From NCBI GenBank assembly GCA_012026655.1, contig JAAILG010000303.1, positions 1-64,000 on the forward strand: DNA of 64,000 nt. Direction: 5' to 3'. Below the pieces are notes generated by a model. The model saw nothing but the letters and a program-made list of their open reading frames with translations. It was not told the origin of the DNA and ran no database searches. Position numbers and translations under genes: made by a program. The DNA comes from Hydrolagus affinis (taxonomy: Eukaryota). This document shows positions 39,955 through 52,790 of the stretch, piece after piece. Position 1 is the first letter of the stretch. Every line of letters starts with the position of its first letter.

Positions 39955-40095
39955 GCAACTCGTGCAGCCGCCCCCAGGGCAACGTGTGGGGGCGGGCTCT
40001 CCGCACCGATTGGACCCGCCCACATCTGCGGTAGGCAGCCAATGGCCGTGGAGGTATCGCCAGAGTCCTCGCTCTGATTGGGTCGGGAGGACAAT
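39955..40095 (-). promoter_or_regulatory. CpG-rich proximal promoter of the CIART-like gene (E'-box, CCAAT boxes, GC boxes)
   Basis: On -: CACGTT (39981-39986) and CACGAG (39959-39964). GC boxes at 39968-39973, 39989-39996 and 40015-40021. CCAAT/ATTGG at 40009-40013, 40039-40043 and 40077-40081. Local CpG enrichment in an otherwise CpG-poor window. Confidence 0.7.
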
Positions 40096-40109
40096 GGCAA
40101 GTGATGCAA

Positions 40110-40230
40110 GTGTGTGTGTAGTGTTAAAGTGTGTGTGTGTGTAGTCTGTGTTAATGAGTGTTTGTGTGTGTGTGAGTGAGCCTGTGTTAGTGATAGTGTG
40201 TGTGTGTGTGAGTGTTTGTGTGTGTGTGTG
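40110..40230. repeat. Interrupted (GT)n microsatellite tract
   Basis: Seen directly. Other microsatellites: (ATCA)n 19899-19929, (TG)n(GA)n 25403-25431, (AC)n 39416-39442, (AG)n 40753-40771. Confidence 0.85.
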
Positions 40231-40854
40231 ACTCTATGGAGACATGTGGAGTTATTGTACTTTCTCCAGGAAAGTAACAAATGTTGCGGCGTCAAAACAG
40301 CTGAACCCCAACACTGTCATGACAGCTGCTGTTAATGTCTGGGACAGTGTGTGTGTGTGTGGTGCTGGGGGGGGTGGGGGGGGATACATGGGATTCAGAC
40401 TCAGAGACAGACAATCTGTCACATTGGCAGTTACAGTTCATTGGCACAGGGATGGAGTAAGAAACGATTTGCGTTTTTTCGTTTAAAAAAATACCCCCCC
40501 AAACAAAGGCTACGCAAAAATATGTATATACTGTACTGTATAATATATATTTAATGGAAGCAACTGCTACTTGGAAAAAAGGGTTGCGTTTGTTTGGGTT
40601 ATTTGTGCTGTTAAGTTTCTCAATTGAACACCTCACACGCCCTGCTTTGACTTGGAACATTGAATTCAGTTACACCGAGCACCCAAGGTTTCCTTTCCAT
40701 CCCTGCCCGCAGCTGATCCTACATTGGTAAATGAGCGTTTTAAGATCCAACACAGAGAGAGAGAGAGAGAGAAACAGAAACTGAAGTGCAGTCAGTAGTG
40801 GCCACTGCAGAAAACTTCAGTTTACCCAGCGGATTAGACTTCAGACTGACTGAC

Positions 40855-41250
40855 TTGAGCGCCTCCCTCCCCCTCCCTCCCGCCCTTCCTGTGTCTGATC
40901 AATGGCTAAGGTGTGGAGGGCAACGTGACAAGAGAGCCGCACAGTGTGTGGCTAAACACGTGGCTGGGTACCGCTGAAAGTCGGTTTGTTTTTCTTGTCT
41001 ATAAATAAAGTTGCCAGAGCAACCCTGGGGTAAACACTCTCTCGCGGTCCTTACGTTCCCCGCGCGTAGCCCTCTCGGCAGGTGTTTCGACGTGCGATTT
41101 GCTAAAACGATTCAGTGTTTTTCTTCGAAGCTGTTTCGGAAACGTGCCTTTGGGTTGCCATTTTCACTCAATCCCCGAAGAAAGTTTTCGCGTCGACTAA
41201 CAGTGACTGACCCACTCTTGTTTTACTTGCTCTCGTTATCCAATTGGTGA
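40855..41250. promoter_or_regulatory. Second CpG-rich, E-box-containing regulatory element upstream of the CIART-like gene
   Basis: CACGTG at 40957-40962, AACGTG at 40922-40927 and 41141-41146, a GC box near 40879, TATAAATA at 41000-41007, and many CpGs. Confidence 0.55.
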
Positions 41251-42212
41251 GAGATGTACATGTTTTGGCGGGAGAACAACACAATAAAATAGACGCAATG
41301 GGATCTAAATTGAGACTGGTAATAATGAATTATTGTACGAATTTGCCAGCCATGCCTCACCCACAAGATCCAGTCAGTTCACATTACAATACATTCTGCG
41401 AGGCGCTCAGACGCCTGGACGACATGTTAAGACACCATTTCAAATGCACACATAATTACTATTCACACATAAACACCTAATGAACGTAACGTTTATTCTG
41501 ATCTGTGTTTTTTGGGGGAGTATCTTGAATCATTTTTCTTTCTCCATGATACAATGGATCGCCTTTGACCAAAATTTAACACGGCAAGTCTCAAATCCGG
41601 CTGACATTACACTGCACTCCTGAAAGATATTTAGTTGGAGGTTAGAAAAATGTGAGCTGCAGATAATACATGTTATGACAAGTATTTCAGATGTATTTTC
41701 GCCCACATACACACAGTCAGTTCACTTTACAGTATATTCTATGAAGCGCTTTGAGACGTCTAGAAGACGTGACAAGCGCTATATAAAATGCAAGGATTAG
41801 GATTATTATTATTATAAATCTGTTCCTCAGTTAGTGCTTAATTTCCCTACATTTGCATTGCCATGTTTTCTGGTTCTACATACAGTACTAATCTGCCTAC
41901 AAATCTCTACATAGCAGAGTCGTCGTAAAGGCCTCTGAGATGTTCAAAGTTATTGGCACTAAAACAATGCAATATTATTACATAAATAATATTCAGCCCT
42001 AGAAAATTTCTCAAACTGGGATCTAGGCCAAGATTAAGAAAATTGGTTTGTAAGTCTTTTTCAAATAGGAGGTACATGCAGTAATAGGCAGATTAGTATG
42101 TATGTAGAGTGAGAAAACGGCAATGTGCTTAACTTGTAATCGTACATTTTAAAAAGGAAATAAATAATGTTTCAGAATGGAAGCAGATCACAAAATAACC
42201 ACTGCAGAATTT

Positions 42213-42390
42213 AATAATAATATAACTTGCATTCGATACTTGCACCTTATCGCATCTTTGAGACATCTCAAAGTACTTCACAGAATATAGTGTAAAGTAA
42301 ATTGAGTATATTTTGTGGCACAGCCAGAGCAACCAATTGCGCATAGCAGTGTCCCGCAAACATTCATGGATTGAGTGACCAAATTATTAT
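42213..42390 (-). mobile_element. SINE 3' half
   Basis: Reverse complement of the SINE core and tail. Confidence 0.7.
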
Positions 42391-42757
42391 GATTAATTTT
42401 TTTTTAATTTGTGGAGCATTTTGCTTTGAGACTTGTAAATAAATAATTGATGTTTGATATTTCTGAAAATAATACCAATAGCCTCAAAAGACTCTCAGAC
42501 AAGAGAATGCCAGTTTTATGGGTTGCCAGTTGTACTTGGAAGACAATATGTAAAAGGCTGGCTATTGAGACAGTGATGAATCATCTGGTCTATTCACAAA
42601 GAAGGTGCATTCCTTGGAGACAGTCACATTTCCTATTCATTTATCATTACTGAATAAGTATGCACTTTGTTACATGTGATTTTGATTGTGTTTGTAATGT
42701 GACCTCCGGATCATGCAATTAGTAGTAGCTAATTCAAGTAGCAATACTAGATAATTT

Positions 42758-43037
42758 TGAGTCCGTGGTTAGAGCACTCAACTCGAAAGCGTTCGATTCC
42801 CAGCAGGGTGAAACATTGGACAAGTTTCCTACACACACCCGATATTAATCCTCCTCAAAAAAATAAAAAAAATAATTTGGTCATTCAGCCCACAACTTGT
42901 GGAACACTGCTGTGCGCAATTGGCTGCACGTGATTCTCTCACAAGTACAGTCAATTCACTTTACAGTATATTCTATTAAGTGCTTTGAGATGTGTAGAAG
43001 ACGTGAAAAGCGCCTTATCAAATGCAAGGATTATTAT
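42758..43037 (+). mobile_element. tRNA-derived SINE
   Basis: GTGGTTAGAGCAC...GTTCGATTCC head, conserved core and AAATGCAAGGATTATT tail. Confidence 0.8.
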
Positions 43038-44527
43038 AATGCGTATTTACTGCTAAATATTAAAAAAAACACTTTCAATTCCTCCACATCCTGATAGGGC
43101 TCCAGTACTGGAACAACAATTAAACTGAGGTGGTTATATCAGCAGTAGCTGTACTGCTATGTACAAGCCACCTTACAGTGCTGCTAATCCTTCTACCTCC
43201 TCCTCACCAAGTCAGCACCTCACCACCCCCACATTCCCCCAAGCATCCTCCAAAACATCAGACTCTCTCCCCCAGAGCACTGTACAGGACCCTAACCTCC
43301 CCGCTACCAGCCACATGTTTTGATTACGAAAGCTTCCAATCTTCCCCTGAATAAAATGAACATCAGAAAGCTGTTGCCCTAGACAACCACGTTTATATAA
43401 AAAAACAATGTCATCATAAACAACGTTAACAATGTCACCGCAAACAACCACAGCATTTAAATTGAACTGAAATGTGCAGTTGTTATCTAAGATAGACAGT
43501 ATGCTTCATGACTACTAATCCTAAATTAAGAGTTGTTCACACAAACTTGCTAACATGAGGAACACTGACAAGCAAAGAAAGCAGGAGCATATCTATACAG
43601 TTGATTCGGGCAATGGGGGGAGAGCAGATGGCTGTCTAATGTAATTCAATACAGTATTTACAGATTAGAGCTAATACAGATAACTGCACTTTAACAACAC
43701 AAGATCTAATGACCTTCTGGAACAGTTTTACAGAGAAGACTCGTGCTAAAGCTTGTGCTTATACAATAACAACAACAACAACAAAATTACATTTCTAGAG
43801 CGACTTTCACGTCAGGAGGACAGTCCCAGAAACATCATCATACAACAATAAAACATGCCTTTTTATCAAGGTGAGTTTATGCCCATTCATGTAATAAACA
43901 GGCATTATTAGATGTGTCTAAACATGTTTTAAATCTTGTTATGTGATTGTAAATTAAGTTTGTGTATGCTTATGGACGGCTTCTCCTTCAACGGTCTAAC
44001 AGTTATTCGTTTAAGGAGAGTTTTGCCTTCTGTTATACCAAGGCTGTATTGTTTTATACTCTGCTCTCCTAGAGCTCTATACTGTATGTGAGGGCCAGCA
44101 ATAACAGTCACTAACTCCATTTGGGATGCCAGCGTGGCACAGAAAAGATGGATGAAATAGCTGCCTGCGTTAAATAAATCCAGGTGTGGTCCTGCCAATG
44201 AACCCGTGAAGGCACGACCTGCGGAAGGAACCGCCAGCCTTTGCAGACTGTAAGCCTGCAGGTTTCAATCCTGATTTATATATACAGGTAGTGGATTAAG
44301 AGGTGGAAATAAGATACTGCTTTCTCTTGGTGAAGTGAGAATCAGACTCGACTTGTGTTGACTCTCATGGTCAAATAGCCAAAGCTACGTGTGAATCAAT
44401 AGCGACACGGCAAGATATTAGAAGATACCCATTGAACCATAACCCATAGAATAAAAAGGCAAGAGCTTCAGGAGGCTGCAGAGAAAATTGTCAAGTGAAG
44501 TGGGGGAAAAAACCTTTGGGTGGGGTG

Positions 44528-44828
44528 ATAATAATAATCCTTGCATTTGATATAGCACTTTTCATGTCTTGTAGATGTCTCAAAGTTCTTCACAGAATAT
44601 ACTGTAAAGTGAATTGACTGTATATATGCAGGCAAAATGCGGCAGCCAATTGCACACAGCAGTGTCTCACAAACAGTCGTGGATTGAAATGACCAATTTT
44701 TTTTGCGAGGGATTATTATTAGGCATGTGGAGTAAGGAAATTTACCCAAGGTTTCATCCTGCCTGAAACTGAACCCAGGTCTCTCACTTGTAAGGCGAGT
44801 GCTCTAACCACTGAGCTACAGGAATCCA
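44528..44828 (-). mobile_element. Full-length tRNA-derived SINE
   Basis: On -: head TGTAGCTCAGTGGTTAGAGCACTCGCCTTACAAGTGAGAGACCTGGGTTCAG (A and B boxes), then core and tail. Confidence 0.85.
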
Positions 44829-44838
44829 AGTGTGGCAC

Positions 44839-44889
44839 ACCAACATTTAACTGACTATAATTGTTGGTTATAGTCAGCTAAATGTTGGT
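44839..44889. repeat. 22-bp-stem hairpin
   Basis: ACCAACATTTAACTGACTATAA - 7-nt loop - TTATAGTCAGCTAAATGTTGGT, 1 mismatch. Confidence 0.85.
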
Positions 44890-47800
44890 TAATGTGATTT
44901 CTCTTTATGGGTCCAAGTGACCTTATGAATACCCAAAGCAGCACCACAGTCATATATATCACTATACACTCATCATGTAACTTTCACAGAAGTATAACTT
45001 TGATCACAACAACAACTTGGATTTATATAGCGCTCTCCACATCAGACGGCGTCTCAGAGCGCTTCCCAATACTGGATCTCGTTCAAAAATCAGACATTCT
45101 GGATGCAACCACCCTCGCTGGTAACCTGTTCCAGTTATTAATTACTTTCTAGACAAAAAGCTAAAGGGCTATTCTCGTGTTCATTCAGCGATGTTCATCG
45201 TAAATCAAAGCAATGAACCTTAGCGTGGATTGGGTCAGAATTAAATTGGAACTATCTGAACCATCTAAGGAAGGATTCCTGTTGGCAAACGGACTCTGAG
45301 CAAAACCTGAATCTCCCTCCGGAGACCAGCAGTTTATTAACACGTTCATATTGAGAAGATCTGGCGTAGTTCTACAACAACATCAACAAAATTACATTTG
45401 TATCGTGCCTTTCACATCGAGAGGACATCCCAAGGTACTGGATCAGTGTTTGGGACCCAAGCTGGGGTCAGGATCAGGGAGCTTAACTCACAGAAAAACT
45501 TTGAGGGCCAAGAGTTTTTTTTAATATAATGTCTCTGAACAAATGGAACATTACACGTTCACAAAATGCTCAGCCACAGAAAAATAATTATACATTATTC
45601 AGTGGCTATTGCTCATATTTTATTTCCTATGGCACACCTGAGGATGAATATCTAGGACACAACACTGCGGGTGGTGCTCACAGAAGCTTACGTGGAGGCG
45701 AAATTAGTTACAGTGATTAAATTCCATAACTTCAGCACTCACTGACTTTCTGCTCATAATGAAAAAGGCTAAGGGACTTTGTAGCTCGATGAGGTAGACT
45801 TGTTCTGCGCACTGTTCATCCCTCGGACATTAACTGGGATAGCAGTTTTTAATTTCTGCTGCCTACAAAGTTGAACCCATTTTTGTTTGGTAAGATTGCA
45901 TTCCCTGCACTGCTATTAAGATTGCATTCCCTGCATTTCTATTAGTGTGCAGCCTTGCTCAGGGAAAGACTTGGCAGCTGAATTGAGAATTTGAGATTTA
46001 TTTTTCTCAGTGTTGACGAAACAAAGTGTAAGAGAACAAAAACCAAAGTACACTTGTATAGCGCCTGTCACATCAGGAGGACGTCCCAAGGCGCTGGGCA
46101 GTCATCTTGTAACAAAGCCTAAAAAATAAACCATTGATTAATGGCAGAAATAAACAGAAAACAAAGACTTATACACAAACAAAATACAGTTCCACCAGCT
46201 ACCAACAGCTCCCTCCCTGTTGTCCTTCCTCACTGATGTTCATCTTGAAGCATTTTACTCACATTTTACCAGTGAAGCAATAATCAGCTAACTTACGTTT
46301 TTTTTTAGCAAAACACTTGAAAGGGTAAGTTAGCATAAACAACTGTGAGAAGCATATTTGGTTGTGAGACAGGTTGTATTACAAAGAATATTTCACAGAC
46401 AATACGCTGACGGTTTGAACAGATGCAATGATCAAAAGAAAAAGTGGGTTTGCTTTCAGGGATTTGCTGGCAGAGCCATAGACTCATCTGAGAAGATGGC
46501 AGTATAATGAGTAAAGACAGCAGTTGAGGAGGAAGTGCTCGATTCAAAGAGAACCAGATCAGTGTGGTCAGACATGTGCTTTGTGATAATTATACCGCGG
46601 ATGTCACCCCATCCAGTACTTGCTTGGTGTCGTGCAGCATGCAAAGTGGGTAAGTCTGAATTGGATAAATGCCGAGTTGAGAAAGCAACCTCGTAAATTA
46701 TGGATGTGTTGTATTGCAACAGCTCTGGGTGCTGTGTTCCTTTCGCAGAATAAGTAGTCAATATAATAATGCATGAAGTAGGATGGTTGCGCTTGCCCAC
46801 GAAGAGGTGAAATATTTGGAAAGGAAGAGGAAGCTATGATGTGAGGGATGCATATGTATGTCAGTTTTAAGGAAGAGCGTGCCTTCACATAGGCTAGCAG
46901 CTTGCAATGTTATAATGGCAAAGCCACATTCACGTTGGATTGCCAATACATTTCCCAAGAACACCTCAGCCCAAGTTAACCTCAGAATAGACAGCAGTTC
47001 CAGAAATGTCACTAGATTCATGAAGTTACTATTTTTAAAACTACATGATCTCATTTGCAAATAGATCATCACCTATCCTACCATCCATCAGCAAAGCAGA
47101 ACTAATATAAAGAAGATCTCTTGTTAGCTTTCCTCAACATTATGGGGTCACCTAACTGATGCTTCTGTGATATTAACATACCGGTACTCACTCTGCACCA
47201 AAGGGTGTGTGCATATACTGTATTGCAAGGTTGTGTTTAGTGTTAAGGGACCTGTGAATAGTTTCCTTGTTAATCGCTCACAAACGACCAAAACACACTT
47301 CAAAACACAAGCTGAGCTTTATACAGGGCACTCACTCTGTGTTCTTTGAATAATAGCATATTGCAGACCCGATCCTCTGCATCTTTGAGTGTAATTGCGG
47401 GACTTTTACATGTGTTAATCATCACAATCAATTTACTATCCATTCTCTCCTTTGACTCTCCCTTTCACTGGAGTGCTTGCTGCTCACCCTTTTGTAGCTC
47501 ACGCAAACAGCCATTATCCTTCCACAAGCCTTGGCACTGAATGATGGGAAGCTATTCCATTGGAAGCAACCACAATGCCAAGCTTCACCCTGTCCTCATT
47601 CACAATCCACACACATACACACCTGCAGCTGAAATTCTCGATAGCAATCAGGAGGGATGACCTTGGCTGCTTTCAGCTGTTCTTTATCCCAGGGCATTGA
47701 ATCAGATTAAATTGCCGTTCTCCTACCCCGCCTGAAAGCAGTTTCACCAATTGGAATCTGTACCTGTTCTTCCCAATCATTACAGCTTGTATAATAATAA

Positions 47801-48679
47801 TCCTTGCATTTGGTACAGTGCCTTTCACGTCAGGAGGACTTCTCAATGCCCTTCACAAGATTTACTGTGAAGTGGAGTGACTGTGTATTTGAAGTCCTCA
47901 TGTGGGTCATTAACCCACAATCTGCTACTGTAATTACTTTCAAACTGATCCAGGCTGACACACAGTACTCATGGAACAGCCAAGGGAAGCCCACTATGCC
48001 TCTATTTGCAGAACATATTTTGAAAATGAATGCAAATATTCACCATGAAATATATAATAAAATAAGGATTTTAATAAGAAATCCATCCACCCTACGAAGC
48101 GTTGCTTAAAAATTACCCAAGCAACTGTAACCATTGAAGCACAAATTAAATCAGTTCAGGTGGCCTTTGCTCTAATTTTCCAAAGCAAGCTGTTTGTGCC
48201 CTATTCAACCTAGCTCTCAAAACCCCTGAGAGAGGCAAAGTACATTAGTGTGCTGTATTTTGAGGACAAACACAAGGTGGCACTGAATGGTGGTTGTGTG
48301 CTCACATCCCTCATCTGTTTGGTTCCATCATTGAGCCCATGGGGACAATGACTAGTTATATCTCGCCTCCCCCACCACATATACACATATAAACAGTCCC
48401 CGGTTCCCCATGCGCTGTTGCCACTCATCTCTTCATTGCCTGTCCGCAGAGCAATATGCCCAAATTACAGCAACAGGCAAAGGGAGAGAACATGTTTTCT
48501 TGTACAAATGTTCCCTTCTTTCCTTCGAAGGAGGTGACTTTGTGCCGCATGTCACCTGGACGGGCGAGAGCTGGTTAAGTTGCCTCGGCCGTTGTGAGTT
48601 GCTCTCAGATTCTCAGTTAGACGTGTTGCCATGTGCTCAGGAATGAAATTTTTTTGAAATGGCCATTCATTCTGAAACT

Positions 48680-48872
48680 TGCTCCCTCAATCCCTTCGCC
48701 TCGCCCCCTCCTTTTCCATTTTCAGGACGCGCCTGAAGACTGTTCTGTTCGACTGCGCCTGCGGTCACCTTCCCCCTCCCACTCGCTCGGTCCCAGGCTC
48801 CGCTATTGTGAAGCGCTCTGAGACATCGTCTGGCGTGGAGGGCGCTATATAAATGCAGGTTGTTTTTGTTGC
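48680..48872 (+). mobile_element. L2 LINE 3' end
   Basis: ...CTGAAGACTGTTCTGTTCGAC... followed by TGTGAAGCGCTCTGAGACATCGTCTGGCGTGGAGGGCGCTATATAAATGCAGGTTGTT. Confidence 0.75.
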
Positions 48873-49922
48873 TGTGGTCCCGGCTGCTGCTGTGTTGTGC
48901 AGGATTGGAGCCCAGTTTGTTGTCTTGACCTTCTGCTGGCTCAAGGGTTGGTTCCATGTGCGTTCTGTGGGATGTGTTGGGATTAGCTCAATTTGGACCA
49001 GTTGTAGGCGAAGAGGTGGGTGGGAACGGCTGCTTGATATGTGCTGCCTGGATGTTAGAAATGGGCTGGCTGTGTGGACGGCAAGATAGAGTAGAGGGTG
49101 AGGGGGGCAAGCATTCTTGGTGTCTCTTTTATGAAATACAAAATACACAGTCGCTCCACGTATGAAGCATTTCGAGACATCTCGACCTTACGATAAGATG
49201 CAATATCAAATGCAAGAATTATTCATGTACTGTATATTTATTATTATTTATGAGAGAGGGTATGGAAAAAGTGGGACAGAGAGCGAGAGAGAGATAAGAG
49301 TGAAAGAGGATTGATGTCACAGCAGATTGGCCATCCACCGCAGCGTTTTATGTTGTGTTAAGATTGCGACTGTGTCTAAGTTCCTTACCTCGTCCTTTAC
49401 ACTGGGAAGACATGAGGAGAGGTTAACAGCAAATAAAAATAAAGGCGACCTTGACCGATGGGTCATTCCTGTTACTCAAGCAGCCAGATCCACAGGGCAA
49501 TTGAGAGTGGCCTGGCTCCAAACTGAACTGGCTCTAGGGTGACATGTTTGGCAATGGAATATTGGAATTGAGCCAATCCTCGGTGGCAATCTTGGTAGTC
49601 TTATTCATGAGCCAGGCAGGTTCACAGTACTCCAGGGCACTGTTTGCTGACAGCGAAGCCAGCTGGCTCATTGGCAGGACTTGGAAAGGCAGACCAGTCG
49701 CTAAAAATTCCCTGTGTAATCAAGACAATGTGTACTCTACAAAACAGCAGTTTGTGGTATAATTCAGGTTGTAAAGCTTGTTGCTGAATGTTAAATGTAC
49801 ATTTAACTTTACGCCCAGGCCAGGGTAAAGCTGTGGTGTGCCCTGAGGTATGTGGAAACTCCGTTTCAAATTCAGTATGCAATAAAGATAAAACCACAAC
49901 TCAGAACAAAATCACCTTCAGT

Positions 49923-49928
49923 TTTATT
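49923..49928 (-). terminator. Probable FBXL22 polyadenylation signal
   Basis: AATAAA on - about 715 nt after the stop codon. Confidence 0.5.
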
Positions 49929-50641
49929 TAAAAATATATCACCATAATTGTGAAGGAGATGTGCTGTGTGTGGACGTGAACAAAGCAGTGAATTATACAC
50001 CAGCACCAACTAGTGGACAGAAATGAATTCATAAATGAACATATACTGTTCTCGTATAAATTCATTATACAATTATTACAATTATTCTGCTGAACAGTCG
50101 CGACTTACATAGCACAGATGTATAAAAGTATTACTTTGCAAAGCACGTTCTTGAGAAGAAAAGTCAGCATTAAAAAGGCAACATTGTGTGTTCAAAGCTG
50201 ACTATGCTGCGATTCTGCCACAATCTTTTCAACAACGTGAAATATGATTTTGATCTTCGGATTGAAGCTTTTTTGGAACACCACAGGGTTTAAATACTTT
50301 AGCTGCACTCATCCATCTGTTGTCAAATTCATTCCCTTTTTTTAACTGGGCGGAAAATTGAGTTTTGGTGGAATGAAATCCTTATTACCATTTGTACTAT
50401 ATGTATGCATGAGCAGGATTGTATTCTGCAAATTTGCACAGCTTCAGTTCATTTCAGTCTGAATGAAAGAGTCTACATTATGGGCAGTCTGTCACCAAAT
50501 AAACACGGGTTAAAAATAAAAACATGCTGTTCACAAAGAAGAGTAGAAAACATATTTTTGACAAATCCAACATATAATATCTGCAGTCATTATACTGGAA
50601 TCAAACGGAAGCTGAAAATAAATATCAGTCTTTTGTTGCTT

Positions 50642-52790
50642 TTACAGTCGTTTCTTCATTCCTCTCCACAAACTGTCTGTTCCTTCTGGTTTATTATCAG
50701 GGATCATACCAGCACTTCTCTCTGCGCTAACAAACAGGGAACAACACTTCTCTCTGATCATTTGGAGGCCTCCTTGCGTGATATTTCGACAAAAATCCAC
50801 GTGCAGCATTCGTAAATTTCTTCCGTGGATCGTGACTGCTTCCAAGGTCTTGTCAGTCATTCTTACACAGTTTTCTAATTTTAACGCTTTCAGTTTGGTG
50901 CATTTTTGAAGGATTTGTATAATGCAGTAGTCTGTGACATGTCCGCATCCAGAGAGGGTCAATGACACCAAATTTGGACACCTGGAAAACAAATGCACGT
51001 TAATAAGAATATCATTTACAGATAGAATATTAACCCAGCGCAGGAGCAGTTCTGACCACTGGAAACCCTCGGGAACAATAATGATTGGACATTGGATTTA
51101 ATGTTTATCTGGAATTATCAATTATGCGTGTGAGCACTGTGACACCTCACCTCGCAGAATCACAAGAAACAGCACCAGGCCCCGATAAACCAAGGAGCTT
51201 CACTCTAACTGAGCAAATGAGTGTCCAGTCTGAGAATTAACAACAACAACAAACCACAACAAAATTACATTTGTATTGCACTTATCACTTCCCAAGGCAC
51301 TGGACAATCAGTGGGGTGGGTGAGGCAGGATACGTGAAGCAGGCCAGAGCCCGCTGAGCGGAGGGAGAGGGCAAGTTGATAGGGGGTTAGGAGGTCACGG
51401 GGGTAAGTGGGAGCGAGGCCATGGAGGGTTTTGAATGTGAGAACCAGGATCTTGAACTGTATCCTCTGTGTGATGGGAAGCCAGTGGAGTCGGGCGATGA
51501 CGGGGTTGATGGGTTGCGGGAGAGGACACGGGCTGCAGAGTTCTGGATGGTCTGCAGCCTACGGAAGGAAGATTTGGAGAGGCTGTCAAGCAGGAGGTTG
51601 CCTAGTCAAACCTGGATGTTATGAATGCATGTGTGAGGGTCTTGGAGGCCTGCGGTGCGAGACAAGTTTCATCTTATTTCTCCGTATTCTTGTGTTCTAA
51701 TGGAACATCTGACATGTACAAGTGCAATACCTTTTCTTTTTAACATTACCAATGATCCCAATTGACCTCAGTTATGTATCGTTCAGTGGGTTCATAGATT
51801 GCCTGCAGTGGTATCACACACGTCTCCATCACCAAGTCTGCAATAAATCTACTTCAGTATTTATTCCTGTTCAGTTCAGCAAGATACCAGGCTGAGTTAG
51901 CCAGCTTGGTTCTTGTGACCAAGAACAGATTTATAGCAATCATAAGATGGTTATCAAGCAGTCCTGAATGTGGATCTGTTTTCTTTGAACTGTAAAATGA
52001 GAACTTTTGCCACTACATTAATAGCTTTCTATTCCTTAGAAATGGAATCAGGCCTTTGTTAACTACTTTACCGCTGAAATCAAAACAAGAGGAAAATAAT
52101 GATAGAATTATTAGTGCCTGTGGTGCCTGTAATATTTCTTCTCTTTATTCCACTGAGTGAATATTTTACTACTAATAATAATCCTTGCAGTTGATACAGT
52201 ACATTGTCACTTCATTGAGACATCTCAAAGCTCTTTATAGAATATTTTGTTAATTATTATTATTATTTTGTAAAGTTCAGTGACTGTATTTTGTGGGCAA
52301 TTATTATAGAATTAAATATTGATTGATTTAAATATTGCAGCAGCCAATTACACACAGCAATGTCCCACAAACAATTTTTTACATTACTTGTTTCACATAA
52401 ATCAAATGTGGTTGAAATAAGACCTGTCCAAATAGAATCAAAACCTTCAACCAACCTGTTACTTATTTGATTCAAGAAGTTATTGGTGATATTTTCGTGC
52501 TTGCTGCAGATGTCTCTCTGAAAGTTACTTTTCATCCAGTCTTCAATGTTGCAGATTTTCACTCGGCTCGAGTACCAGCAGATAGATAAGGACCGTAACA
52601 TGGGACTCAGCAGAAAATTATCTTTCCTCAGTTCTGAGGGGGAAGAGAAATTCAGCAAAGACCACAGCGCTGGGTCCAGGAACACGTCACGAAGTTTGTG
52701 ACAGGTCAGAGATATACTCTTTCTCGTCTCTTTGTCCAGAAACGAAAATATATGAAGCAAACACTCGTGATTTAATTCTGTTAGCTGCAT
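50642..52790 (-). CDS. FBXL22: F-box and leucine-rich repeat protein 22, 224 aa, 2 coding exons
   Basis: Exon 52790-52456 ([21 protein letters not shown]..., F-box; [18 protein letters not shown]) joins through a phase-2 GT-AG intron to exon 50981-50642 ([18 protein letters not shown]...LENCVRMTD...HVDFCRNIT, LRRs). The position between USP3 and HERC1 matches human synteny. Confidence 0.95.
51237..51640 (-). mobile_element. L2 LINE 3' fragment in the FBXL22 intron
   Basis: Similar to 7166-7715 (GCAGAGGGAGAGGGCA.GTTG.TAGGG.GTTAGGAGGTC; CAGGATCTTGAA; GCAGAGTTCTGGATG). Confidence 0.75.

Noticed and set aside
39358-40660. Cluster of overlapping short ORFs
   Set aside because: Explained by (AC)/(GT) microsatellites and GC-rich promoter sequence; the peptides are low-complexity (HTHT/CVCV).
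46305-47072. Several 80-114 aa ORFs in the intergenic interval
   Set aside because: No recognisable domain, no consistent spliced frame, and composition typical of non-coding DNA.
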